Part shown: positions 9,680 through 18,651 of the stretch, piece by piece
Position numbering within the stretch: position 1 is the stretch's first letter
Layout of the letters: each line of letters opens with the position of its first letter
NCBI GenBank assembly: GCA_964649715.1
Contig: CAZYTH010000005.1
Span: forward strand, 1,765 to 65,764
DNA: 64,000 bases
Origin: an uncultured Candidatus Saccharibacteria bacterium
Lineage (GTDB): Bacteria > Patescibacteriota > Minisyncoccia > Phycocordibacterales > UBA12445
Direction: 5' to 3'
Program-made: the position numbers and the translations under genes
The notes under the pieces: generated by a model
Databases searched by the model: none
Told to the model about the DNA's origin: nothing
Seen by the model: the letters and a program-made list of their open reading frames with translations, nothing else

Positions 9680-9837
9680 ATGCGTTTATTGTACCACCCC
9701 CCCCCTCTATTGGCAAAGCAAGTTATCCACAGATTGGGGTTGATTATTTTTAGTTTAAAACATAGGAAAATATATCTGACGTAATGCAAAATCCCCCACA
9801 CCAATCTTTAGTGCGGGGGATTTTAAAGTTTCTTTAA

Positions 9838-10107
9838 TTACTTTGTAGAAACCCTTTTTATCATTTTTACAAGTTTGGATTTCTTTCGATTCGCGTTATT
9901 TTTCTTGATGACTCCCCTCTTGGCAGCTTTATCAATGGCCTTATAAGCTCCAGACAAAAGATTTCTAGCACCCTCGGCATCTTTCTTTGCTACAAGTTTC
10001 TTTATCTCTTTTATGGAATCTTTCATCACCCCAGTTCTCCTTAAATTAAAAACTCTCTTCTTAGAAGATGACTTAATCGCTTTCTTTGCTGACTTTGTTA
10101 TTGCCAT
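9838..10107 (-). CDS. rpsT: 30S ribosomal protein S20
   Basis: 89 aa Lys/Ala-rich protein. MAITKSAKKAIKSS...KAIDKAAKRGVIKKNNANRKKSKL matches the S20 pattern. Confidence 0.8.
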   Translation of the reverse strand: MAITKSAKKAIKSSSKKRVFNLRRTGVMKDSIKEIKKLVAKKDAEGARNLLSGAYKAIDKAAKRGVIKKNNANRKKSKLVKMIKRVSTK

Positions 10108-10268
10108 TTTTTTATGTTTTATGATTTAGGATTTATAATTTATGAACAAAAAACGCAAATCCAAACGTTTTTTAAGATATTATAATACATTTACGCAAAA
10201 AGCAAGGGTTTGTCTATCGGTGAAATAAATAAGTGCAAAAAAAGAAAAAATATGCGAAACTTAAAATT

Positions 10269-10841
10269 ATGATAAAACAGATTAGCGGTAAAATTTCCCA
10301 TATTGGCGATAAATTCATTGTAATAGATGTTTTGGGTATCGGATTTAAGGTTTTTGTCAGTTCAGACACTCTTTTTGAGATGGAAAACAAAACAGAACAA
10401 GAAATAAAACTTTGGACTTATTTATCTGTAAAAGAAGACTCTCTTGACCTATACGGATTCCTAAAGCAAGATGACCTCGATTTTTTTGAAAAAATAATAT
10501 CTGTGTCAGGGATTGGACCCAAAAAAGGAATTGCCATAATGGGAGTAGCTCCTGCAAAAACTCTCAAAAAGGCAATAGCGGAAAAAGATTTATCTTATTT
10601 AACTCAGGTTTCTGGCATAGGAAGGAAAAATGCCGAAAAAATAGTACTCGAACTAAGAGACAAAATTGGCGATATTTCTGAAGAGGGTACTTCCCTAAAA
10701 GACAGTAGCGATGTGATGCTTGCAATAAAATCTCTCGGATATGGATCTTCTGAAACAAGGGAGGCGATGAAAAATATTCCGACAAATATAAAAGGGGTTT
10801 CGGAAAAAATAAAATGGGTATTAAAGGAATTAGGAAAGTGA
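10269..10841 (+). CDS. ruvA: Holliday junction DNA helicase RuvA
   Basis: MIKQISGKISHIGDKFIVIDVLGIGFKVFVS N-terminal OB domain. Two HhH motifs (VSGIGPKKGIAIMG, VSGIGRKNAEKIVLELRDK). Start taken at the internal ATG at 10269. Confidence 0.8.
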   Translation: MIKQISGKISHIGDKFIVIDVLGIGFKVFVSSDTLFEMENKTEQEIKLWTYLSVKEDSLDLYGFLKQDDLDFFEKIISVSGIGPKKGIAIMGVAPAKTLKKAIAEKDLSYLTQVSGIGRKNAEKIVLELRDKIGDISEEGTSLKDSSDVMLAIKSLGYGSSETREAMKNIPTNIKGVSEKIKWVLKELGK

Positions 10842-10920
10842 GTTTAAAAGTTATAATTTTTAAACTTTCAAATTTAAAAACTTTATAACATTATAACTTT
10901 CAACTTTATAACCAAATATC

Positions 10921-12250
10921 ATGGATAAAATACTTTCTAAAATAAAAAATAAAATTCCGAAGAGCTTTCTTGAAAAAATTAGACCAGCTTATCATTACTC
11001 TCTAGCTCTACTGGGCAACACAATATACAACTCCCCCTCAAAAGAAATATTTGTGATCGGGATAACGGGAACAAAAGGAAAATCCACCACAGTTGAGATC
11101 TTGAGTGCGATATTAGAGGAAGCAGGTTACAAAACAGCGGTTGCTTCCACCGTCAGGTTCAAGATAGACAAAGACAGCAAGTCCAACCTCCTAAAAATGA
11201 CAATGCCTGGAAGATTTTTTATTCAAAAATTTTTAAGAGAAGCCGTTGTCGCTGGTTGTGAATACGCAATAATAGAAATGACCTCTGAGGGTGCGAAGAA
11301 CTTCAGACATAAATTTGTTGAACTTAATTCTCTGATATTTACAAATATATCACCCGAACACATTGAGTCTCACGGATCATATGAAAAATATCTTGGGGCA
11401 AAACTATCCATCGCCAAACAGCTAGAATCTTCTGGAAAACCAAGTCGCTCTATTATCGCAAACGGCGACGACGAGGAATCTGATAAATTCTTTAAAATAA
11501 ATGTTCCCAACAAAATAGCGTTTTCTCTTGCGGAAGCAAAACCATTTACCCTAGAAAAAGAATATTCTGATATAAACATCTTCGGAGAAAGAGTTATCAC
11601 AAAATTACCAGGAGAATTCAATGTGATGAACATACTTGCGGCATCCACCTTCGCAAGAAGCCAGGGAATATCGCCGACTATAATAAAAAATGCGATAGAA
11701 AAAATAAAAAATATTCCGGGAAGAGTTGAAAAAATTGAAATAAATTCTAAAGATAAAAGATGAAAGTGGCAAAGAAATTGGAATTGGAACATTTCCTGAT
11801 TTTAGCGTAATCGTTGATTATGCACACACGGCTGATTCATTAGAAAAACTTTATAAAGTTTTTAAGCGAGAAAAAAGAATCTGTGTCCTTGGGAGTTGTG
11901 GAGGAGGACGAGACAAATGGAAAAGACCTAAAATGGGATCCGTTGCAGAAAATTATTGTGATGAAATAATCTTAACCGACGAAGATCCTTACGACGAAGA
12001 TCCGGAGGAAATAATTAGAGAAGTTGCGAAAGGAATCAAAAACAAAAAACCAAAAATTATTTTAGATAGAAGAGAGGCAATCAGAGAAGCACTCTCATGT
12101 GCGAAAAAAGGTGATGTTGTTCTTATAACAGGTAAGGGAACCGATCCATGTATAATGAAAAAAAATGGAGAAAAAATTTCATGGAGCGACAAGGAAGTGA
12201 CAGAGGAAGAATTAGTTAAGCTGGCAATTGAGAGAACGGTGAACAAATAA
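10921..12250 (+). CDS. Mur ligase family protein (MurE-like UDP-N-acetylmuramoyl-tripeptide ligase), apparent frameshift near 11745-11765
   Basis: GITGTKGKSTT P-loop. Mur-ligase core ...FTNISPEHIESHGSYEKYLGAKLSIAKQ...IPGRVEKIEI. The conserved VIVDYAHTADSLEKL motif is only in the +1 frame (11765 onward), which continues into ORF 11933-12250 (C-terminal Mur ligase domain). The frame switch is at an A-rich tract aaagataaaagatgaaag. Confidence 0.65.
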
Positions 12251-12263
12251 ATTAAAAATTATC

Positions 12264-12280
12264 AATTACGAATTACGAAT
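12264..12280. repeat. Copy of dispersed AT-rich repeat caattacgaattacgaat
   Basis: Seen directly. Same motif at 43142-43160, 43510-43528 (inverted), 49474-49505, 49544-49555 (inverted), 49990-50023 and 58538-58556 (inverted, inside uvrD). Confidence 0.6.
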
Positions 12281-12379
12281 TTTTCAAAAAGAGAATAATG
12301 ATTGTGAGGAAATTATAAAAATAATAGGAAAAATTCGAACAACTGTCAGAGATAATTCTTAATTTTTAATTAAACTAAA

Positions 12380-13333
12380 TTGCCTGAACTTCCCGAAGTT
12401 ACAACAATAGTCTCCGGACTAAATAAAAGAGTAAAAGGTCTTATCATAAAAGACGTCTGGACTGACCTGCCTAAACGGCAGGCAGGTCTGCCTGCCGGCA
12501 GGAAAGTTGGGCTACGCAAGCAAGATCTTCTGACAATAAAAAATCCTGAATATTACAAAAATTTCAAAAAAGAAGTCGCAGGAAAAAAAATAATCGTTTG
12601 TGAAAGGATAGGAAAAAATATTTTAATGCACTTGTCCGGTAACACGACTATTCTCTTCCACATGAAAATGACAGGGCACTTGCTTTGCGGAAAATGGATT
12701 TCCGTCAAAGGTGAAAAAAATGCGTGGAAGCCAGAGAACAAAAACTCCCCTCTTTGTGATCCGTACAATAGATTTATTCATATAATTTTCTATCTAGATA
12801 ACGGCAAAATGCTCGCGCTTTCTGATATGAGAAAATTTGCTAAAGTGACATTGCTTAAAAAAGAAAATGAAAAAGAGTTTTCAGAAATAAAAAAAATTGG
12901 TCCTGACCCTTTAAAAATAAATTTAAAAAAATTTAGGGAACTTATAAGGAAAAAACCAACGGGAAAAATAAAACAGGTTTTAATGGATCAAGAATTAATT
13001 TCAGGCATAGGAAATATTTATTCAGACGAAATACTTTGGGCAACTGGAATACATCCGTTGGAGAAAATAAAAAAAATTACAGATGAAAAAATAAAAATGA
13101 TGTATGAAACAACTAAAAAAATTTTAACAGAATCAATAAATTATGGAGGAGATTCTATGTCTGATTTTAGAAACATTGACGGAGAAAAAGGAAATTACCA
13201 GAAACACCACAAGGCATACAGACAGACAGGAAAACCTTGTCCCAAAAGAGACGGGGGGAAAATTGTGAAAACAAAAGTTGGGGGAAGAAGCGCGCACTAT
13301 TGTAATGTGCACCAATCACTTCAGCATAAATAA
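12380..13333 (+). CDS. mutM: Formamidopyrimidine-DNA glycosylase (Fpg/MutM), TTG start, carrying an in-frame palindromic-repeat insertion
   Basis: N-terminal (M)PELPEVTTIV. C-terminal zinc finger CPKRDGGKIVKTKVGGRSAHYCNVHQ. H2TH region present. Residues ...DLPKRQAGLPAGRKVGLRK... are encoded by the GC-rich palindromic repeat at 12466-12502. Confidence 0.85.
   Translation: MPELPEVTTIVSGLNKRVKGLIIKDVWTDLPKRQAGLPAGRKVGLRKQDLLTIKNPEYYKNFKKEVAGKKIIVCERIGKNILMHLSGNTTILFHMKMTGHLLCGKWISVKGEKNAWKPENKNSPLCDPYNRFIHIIFYLDNGKMLALSDMRKFAKVTLLKKENEKEFSEIKKIGPDPLKINLKKFRELIRKKPTGKIKQVLMDQELISGIGNIYSDEILWATGIHPLEKIKKITDEKIKMMYETTKKILTESINYGGDSMSDFRNIDGEKGNYQKHHKAYRQTGKPCPKRDGGKIVKTKVGGRSAHYCNVHQSLQHK
12466..12502. 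repeat. GC-rich palindromic repeat (cctgcc-taaac-ggcagg, then cctgccggcagg) inserted in frame within fpg
   Basis: Seen directly. Member of the cctgcctgcc/ggcaggcagg family. Confidence 0.6.
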
Positions 13334-13421
13334 AATAACTGTGTAACATAAAAATTTGTGCTAATAATTTAAAAAAAGTTTTACATTTTTATCTATATTT
13401 TTTATCTTTGATATTTAATTT

Positions 13422-13946
13422 TTAAATTTTTAAAATTCTGAATAACGCCACTGCTGTAGCGACAGCCACATTAAGAGATTCTTTTTTGCCACTCATTGGT
13501 ATCTCTATTTTTTCATCAGAGATTTTTAATATTTTTTTTGAAACACCGTCCACCTCATTCCCTACAATAAGGGCAAGGGGGTATTTTGGTTTAAATTTTT
13601 TATAATCAATAGAATCCTCCGACTGTTCTAGTGAAACTATTTTTATTCCTTGTTTCTTCATTTTGGTAAGAAGGCGAGAAACTGAAAAAACTTTTTCCCA
13701 CAGGAGAAACTCATCTCCCCCCAAAGATACCTTTTTCAGTTCTTTATTCTCTCTCCCAAATTTATCAAGTGGAGCAGGTGTGTAACCGCACAGAAAAACT
13801 TTTGAAACACCGGCGCAGTCGGCTATGCGAAACAAAGAACCAACATTAAAATTGCTTCTTATGTTATCTAATATCAAATAGACCTCTCTTTTCCTTTTTT
13901 CCTTTTGCAATGAAGGCAAAAAACTTCTTTTGTTTTTGTTTGTCAT
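13422..13946 (-). CDS. SpoU/TrmH-family RNA 2'-O-methyltransferase
   Basis: C-terminal motifs LIVGNEVDGVS and ESLNVAVATAVALFRI are typical of SPOUT methyltransferases. Confidence 0.7.
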   Translation of the reverse strand: MTNKNKRSFLPSLQKEKRKREVYLILDNIRSNFNVGSLFRIADCAGVSKVFLCGYTPAPLDKFGRENKELKKVSLGGDEFLLWEKVFSVSRLLTKMKKQGIKIVSLEQSEDSIDYKKFKPKYPLALIVGNEVDGVSKKILKISDEKIEIPMSGKKESLNVAVATAVALFRILKI

Positions 13947-13996
13947 AATGGTAAAATGAAATTATAAATATATAAATATTAGATAATAAATAAAAC

Positions 13997-14395
13997 ATGC
14001 CAGAGATATTTTCACAAGTGTTAGGATATAAAAAAATTTTTAGTATCTTTCCCGAATTATATAACTATAAAGAATTCTCCCCTCTCCTTCTTAGGGTCAC
14101 CCTCGCTACCACACTAATTGTTGTCGGCTGGAAATTTTTTTCAAAAAAAACTGGTTGGCGTGGAGTTAACGTTGTTATAGGAATAGTTGAGATAGGAACA
14201 GGGGTCTTGCTCGTACTAGCAGCGTACACTCAACTCGCCGCTTTACTCTCTGTAATAATATCCATTATGAGCATAATCGCTGGCATAAGAAAGGGGGAAG
14301 GATATTTTTTTTGGCAACATCTACTAACGCTGGCAATTTCTATATCTCTGCTTCTTACCGGACCCGGGATTATGTCTCTGGACTTACCCCTTTAA
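13997..14395 (+). CDS. Small multi-pass membrane protein (DoxX-like)
   Basis: 132 aa, four hydrophobic helices. Assignment to DoxX is by topology only. Confidence 0.4.
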   Translation: MPEIFSQVLGYKKIFSIFPELYNYKEFSPLLLRVTLATTLIVVGWKFFSKKTGWRGVNVVIGIVEIGTGVLLVLAAYTQLAALLSVIISIMSIIAGIRKGEGYFFWQHLLTLAISISLLLTGPGIMSLDLPL

Positions 14396-14441
14396 CAATC
14401 TCCAAAATTCCACCAACATATGGTGGAATTTTTTTACCTGT

Positions 14442-15848
14442 TTGACACTCGCCACCAGCAAAGATAGGATAAAAAGAAATAGTTATTTGAAAATACTGAC
14501 AAACATCGAAAAGGAGGTTTTTGTGGATAACTGGTTAGAATTGGATTACAAAAGTCCAAGCGCTGAGGAAATCTTTTGCATAAAATTTTTTGACAGATTT
14601 ATTATTGGTCAACAAAGAGCGAAAGAAAAAATCGCTTCAAATTTAGCCACATGGAAACATGGACTTTCAGACAAAGACAAACCTGCTTCAATTCTCCTTC
14701 TTCCAGGACCTTCTGGCGTCGGAAAAACATATCTTGTCCGTGTCTTTGCAAAACTTCTTATCGGAGATATGAACGCCTTCACCAGAATAGACTGCTCAAA
14801 TCTTCAAGAAAGTCACACCATCTCTCGTCTCCTTGGTTCCCCTCCCGGATATGTTGGATACAGTGAGGAATCCGAGATTTCTCAAGAGAAACTTGACCGC
14901 CACTATGAAGACAGGCATCCACAAAAACCAACAGCGGAAGAAAAAAGAAAACTAGAAGAATTAAACGACAAACTTTTTGAGCTTGCTCAAGAAGTTGACG
15001 ATCTTCAGTTTAAACTCTCCGAAGAAAAAGATGTAATAAAAAAAAATGAGCTTTCCAAGCGGATAAAGGCTAAACAGAGAGAATTCTTAGATATTCACAA
15101 AAAGCAAGAAGAATTTATCAAAAGATCCGAAAAAAACAAAGCAAGATGTCCTTCTATCCTTCTATTCGACGAGATTGAAAAGATTCATCCAGCGATCACA
15201 AGAGCCCTGCTTCCTATCTTTGATACAGGTGAAACAAAACTTGCGAATGGGAAAATAGTTAACTTTAGGAATTGTTTCATCTTTATGACCTCCAATATCG
15301 GAGCAAGAAAACTTGCCGACATGCAAAGGGGCAAAGGAAAGATAGGAATCTTCACAGAAACAACTCAAAAAGAAAAAGAAGAAGATAAAAACATCTACCA
15401 AACGGTAATCGAAGAAATTACTCACTCCGAACACTTCCCGACAGAGCTTATTGGACGAATTGGCAAAGAGAATATTGTGATATTCCATTCTCTAAAAGAA
15501 TCTGGAATCAGAAATATCATTGAGCTTCAGATAAAAGAGATGGAGAGAAAAATTCAAATTGCCTCTCCCGGAACAAAGCTAATTTTTTCTCAACCATTAA
15601 AAGATTTTCTTTTTACAGAAACACAAGATCCCGTGAACAAAGCCCTCGGAGCCAGACCTATTGAAAATGTGATTAAGTCAAAGATACTAAATCCTCTAAT
15701 GAATCTGATTATTAAAGGTGAAGAAGGCGGAATCATTCCCGGAGACATAATAAAAATTGATATAAAAGAATTCACGAAAAACGGAGCAAAAAAGAGTAAG
15801 GTCGTTATTGAAAAAGTAAAAGATCAAAATAGAATTGACATCATTTGA
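14442..15848 (+). CDS. Stand-alone AAA+ ATPase related to the ClpA/ClpB second nucleotide-binding domain (D2), with an inserted coiled coil of about 85 aa
   Basis: IIGQQRAKEKIASNLATWKHGLSDKDKPASILLLPGPSGVGKTYL and LLGSPPGYVGYSEE match Clp D2. Walker B ILLFDEIEK lies about 100 residues later, versus about 17 in ClpB. Sensor region FMTSNIGA and C-terminal IGRIGKENIVIFHSL are conserved. TTG start per ORF track. Confidence 0.7.
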   Translation: MTLATSKDRIKRNSYLKILTNIEKEVFVDNWLELDYKSPSAEEIFCIKFFDRFIIGQQRAKEKIASNLATWKHGLSDKDKPASILLLPGPSGVGKTYLVRVFAKLLIGDMNAFTRIDCSNLQESHTISRLLGSPPGYVGYSEESEISQEKLDRHYEDRHPQKPTAEEKRKLEELNDKLFELAQEVDDLQFKLSEEKDVIKKNELSKRIKAKQREFLDIHKKQEEFIKRSEKNKARCPSILLFDEIEKIHPAITRALLPIFDTGETKLANGKIVNFRNCFIFMTSNIGARKLADMQRGKGKIGIFTETTQKEKEEDKNIYQTVIEEITHSEHFPTELIGRIGKENIVIFHSLKESGIRNIIELQIKEMERKIQIASPGTKLIFSQPLKDFLFTETQDPVNKALGARPIENVIKSKILNPLMNLIIKGEEGGIIPGDIIKIDIKEFTKNGAKKSKVVIEKVKDQNRIDII

Positions 15849-15851
15849 TGG

Positions 15852-15882
15852 CAAAAAGGAGACCAAAAGGTCTCCTTTTTTT
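15852..15882 (+). terminator. Rho-independent terminator (ggagacc-aaaa-ggtctcc plus T7)
   Basis: Perfect 7 bp stem and T-run directly after the AAA+ gene stop. Confidence 0.7.
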
Positions 15883-15966
15883 AATGCGTCCACCATCAAA
15901 GTCATTAGGTAAACTCAATCCAATTAAATAATCAAATCTTAAACCAAGAAGTAAATTTGGATATTT

Positions 15967-17490
15967 TTATTCTGTATATCTTATTCTTTTTTTGAGCTTC
16001 TCAAATAGCACATTTATTTTGACCTGAAAATATCTTTTTTCTTTTTCATAATCTGGATTGGTCTTCCTGTTTTCGTCTAGAATAAGATTATCCCCTAAAA
16101 TTTTTTCTATTTCAGACAATCTCCACAATAGTCTATAAATATTATCAATCTTTTTATTTAATTCCCTTTTTTTATTAATAGAAATTTCAGATAAATCGCT
16201 GTCCTTCAATTCCGCTTTCTGTGCTTTTAATTCTTCTAATGAATTACTTAGTCGTTCCCTTGGGTTTAGTGAATTAACCTCTTGCGCAATCTGTTCTATT
16301 GATAAATAATTCTGTTCTATCGATCCATTTTCCAAGGACTCTTGAATCCTTCTTTCTGTTTCCATGGTAATTTTATCCTTTTTGGTGGCGACGTCCTCTT
16401 GTTTGGGTGTTTCTTTCTTGTTTAGTTTTTTGCAATATTCTTCAATTTTTTCCGATGAGATGAGTTCTCTTAATACCCCTCTTATTATTCTTTTTTTCAT
16501 GTCAAAATTATCTGCTTCCGGACCTCCTGGAGGCATTCCCGCATTGACCCAATCTTTATATCTAGCCATCAAGTGACGCAGAGGTATTATGACCAAAACA
16601 AGATCGTCCACTTTTTTCTCTAAAGTAAGCGACATTTTCTGTTTGGACATTTCTGTTTGTTTGCCCTTTTTCTCCCCTACATCTTTGTTGGTATTTATCG
16701 TAAATTGTATACCTGTGCTTTTGGAATCAGATTCGACGTCAACTCCTCTTAGCCTATTTTTTGTTTCTACAATAAAATCTATTTTATATTCAACATCCTC
16801 AAAAAAATCTACATCTTTTACATCAAATTCCGCTTCATGATCGATTTCCAACTTCTTTAAAATTGTTTTAACAAGTTTTTCGGCTACAAATCCGCCTCTC
16901 TCTAGACTTTCTTTTTTATTTTCAGGTAGCCTTGTTCCGTATGCTTGCTTTTTTCCTTCATCAGTAAATCCGCTGCTGTGTTCGTTTATCGCTATTTGTT
17001 CGTCCAATAATTCTCCGATTAGAGACGAAGTTCTTTCTACGATATATCTCTTTCTTACATCGCGTGGAACAGTAAGAGGATCGAGATTATAATCATTGCC
17101 CCAATCATAATCTGTAAAAATTGTACCCAGAGTTACTCTTATGTCACCCACAAAATAAAAGTCTCCTTCTTTTTTAACATTTCGAACGTTTCTGCCCTCA
17201 ACCTCTTCTATTTCTACCAACTCATTGTTGTCTATTTTTCTAAGATTTTCCCTGAGACCTTTCATTATCTCTAATTTTTTTTCTTGAATCTCATATATTT
17301 CTGTCTGTTTTTCCGGGGTATTCAAAAAATACTCAGATCTGCTTTCGATGAGTTTAATTTTGTCTCTCAGTATCTCCGGGTCTTTCTCTCTAAATTCACC
17401 TTTTATATTTTTGCCATAATCTCTTAGAGCTATTTTTTCAAAAAATTCTCTCATATTTTTTATTAAATTTTTATTGTTATACTTTAGCAA
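15967..17490 (-). CDS. Hypothetical coiled-coil protein (507 aa)
   Basis: Long ORF with coherent, charged, Lys/Glu-rich composition and heptad-like segments. No recognisable catalytic motif. Confidence 0.45.
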   Translation of the reverse strand: MLKYNNKNLIKNMREFFEKIALRDYGKNIKGEFREKDPEILRDKIKLIESRSEYFLNTPEKQTEIYEIQEKKLEIMKGLRENLRKIDNNELVEIEEVEGRNVRNVKKEGDFYFVGDIRVTLGTIFTDYDWGNDYNLDPLTVPRDVRKRYIVERTSSLIGELLDEQIAINEHSSGFTDEGKKQAYGTRLPENKKESLERGGFVAEKLVKTILKKLEIDHEAEFDVKDVDFFEDVEYKIDFIVETKNRLRGVDVESDSKSTGIQFTINTNKDVGEKKGKQTEMSKQKMSLTLEKKVDDLVLVIIPLRHLMARYKDWVNAGMPPGGPEADNFDMKKRIIRGVLRELISSEKIEEYCKKLNKKETPKQEDVATKKDKITMETERRIQESLENGSIEQNYLSIEQIAQEVNSLNPRERLSNSLEELKAQKAELKDSDLSEISINKKRELNKKIDNIYRLLWRLSEIEKILGDNLILDENRKTNPDYEKEKRYFQVKINVLFEKLKKRIRYTE

Positions 17491-17650
17491 AAATAACTAA
17501 ATTTATAAATAAATTTAAAAAACACCCACAATTAAAATTTCAATATTATCTCCTGCGAGAAAGAATTTTTAAGCCCAGCAGAATTATTCCAATATATGGA
17601 CAGTCCAATCGTCGGATCCACCTTGGGTGGATACTCAGTCTGGTTTCGAA

Positions 17651-17690
17651 CTGCCTCTACCTATTGGTAGACAGGTTCCGGCAGGCAGGC
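17651..17690. repeat. Shorter copy of the composite palindromic element (ctgcctctacctattggtagacagg ... ggcaggcaggc)
   Basis: Aligns with 2535-2595. Preceded by a tRNA T-arm-like ggtttcgaact segment. Confidence 0.5.
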
Positions 17691-17727
17691 TAACGAAAGC
17701 TATGGGTAATGGCTTTCTCTGGGCAGA

Positions 17728-17752
17728 CAAAAATCCGCTCATCGCGGATTGT
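17728..17752 (-). terminator. Hairpin aatccgc-tcatc-gcggatt directly downstream of the tRNA-Lys 3' end
   Basis: 7 bp stem followed by a short T-run on the minus strand. Probable tRNA transcript terminator or processing hairpin. Confidence 0.35.
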
Positions 17753-17755
17753 TTG

Positions 17756-17828
17756 TGCGCCCAGCAGGATTCGAACCTGCGACCATTTGCTTAAAAGGCA
17801 ACTGCTCTACCAACTGAGCTATGGGCGC
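17756..17828 (-). tRNA. tRNA-Lys (anticodon UUU)
   Basis: Reverse complement GCGCCCATAGCTCAGTTGGTAGAGCAGTTGCCTTTTAAGCAAATGGTCGCAGGTTCGAATCCTGCTGGGCGCA is near-identical in architecture to E. coli tRNA-Lys. Anticodon loop CTTTTAA. Confidence 0.85.
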
Positions 17829-17891
17829 ATTTAATAACTAATGTGTAAAAAACAATAACAAAATTATCGCTACCTGTCCAATGACAACACG

Positions 17892-17916
17892 ATGAGCGAG
17901 GTTGAACCTCACTCAT
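17892..17916. repeat. REP-like 25 bp imperfect palindrome atgagcgaggttgaacctcactcat overlapping the RAYT stop codon
   Basis: Seen directly. Related copies at 18395-18419 (reverse complement) and 18627-18651 (direct). Confidence 0.7.
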
Positions 17917-18622
17917 CATTTTGTTCCATAATTAAATCTATGTCTCCATCATTCTTATTGTCCCTAATCCAATCTTCCATTTCTTTTTTATACTTCGCTT
18001 CCCCGCCAAGATAACCACTCATCCATTCTCGCGATGTAACAGATGGAAAATTTTTTATTCCTATATAATCTAAATAGCTACTCCATCTATAGTGATTCAA
18101 TTGTTCTATTTTTTCGGATGGCAATCCCTTGGATTTCTTTATGGGGTTATTGTGTATATAAAAAGGCAACCAACCAAAATGAGCTTCTTTTTTTATGTGG
18201 ACCGCCTTAAATCTTCCCTGAAACAAACCCCCCACTCTCTCATATTTTTGATTAAAATACATAGTATATCCAGTCCCCAGTTTCTGCATAAATTTTACGA
18301 TTCCATTCTCTTGTCTTTGTTTCAAAACCAAATGAAAATGATTGGGCATCAATGTAAAAATAATAACATCAACCAACCTTTTTCTATTCTTCACAAATGA
18401 GTGAGGTTCAACCTCGCTCATTGATCTATTATGTTCAATGTCACGACCTAAATTCTGAACTGGGGAATTATTATTAAATTCATAAAGACAGTGAATAAAT
18501 CTAAGATGGTCCTGCTTATCTAAAAAGATGTTTCTTTTTTCTACACCCCTATTATAAATGTGATAGAATTCATCTTCTATAAATTCCGGTTTTTTCTTTG
18601 CCATAAACAAGAATACTATCAT
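17909..18622 (-). mobile_element. REP-associated tyrosine transposase (RAYT; IS200-like Y1 HUH transposase)
   Basis: EFYHIYNRGVEKRNIFLD N-terminal motif. HUH motif MPNHFHLVL. Catalytic Tyr region GYTMYFNQKYERVGGLFQGRFK. Bracketed by REP palindromes in the RAYT arrangement. Confidence 0.75.
18395..18419. repeat. REP-like palindrome copy inside the RAYT coding sequence (encodes MSEVEPHS in frame)
   Basis: Exact reverse complement of the 17892-17916 copy. Confidence 0.7.
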
Positions 18623-18626
18623 CCTT

Positions 18627-18651
18627 ATGAGCGAGGTTCAACCTCACTCAT
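18627..18651. repeat. REP-like palindrome copy 5 bp upstream of the RAYT start codon
   Basis: Differs from the 17892-17916 copy only at the central base. Confidence 0.7.

Noticed and set aside
10233-10268. Upstream extension of ruvA (MQKKKKYAKLKIM...)
   Set aside because: RuvA homology begins at the internal MIKQISGKI. The Lys-rich extension is probably non-coding A-rich sequence.
17590-17650. Possible additional tRNA or tRNA pseudogene (ggtttcgaact T-arm-like segment)
   Set aside because: Cannot be folded into a cloverleaf with a 7 nt anticodon loop and acceptor stem. Kept only as part of the structured region.
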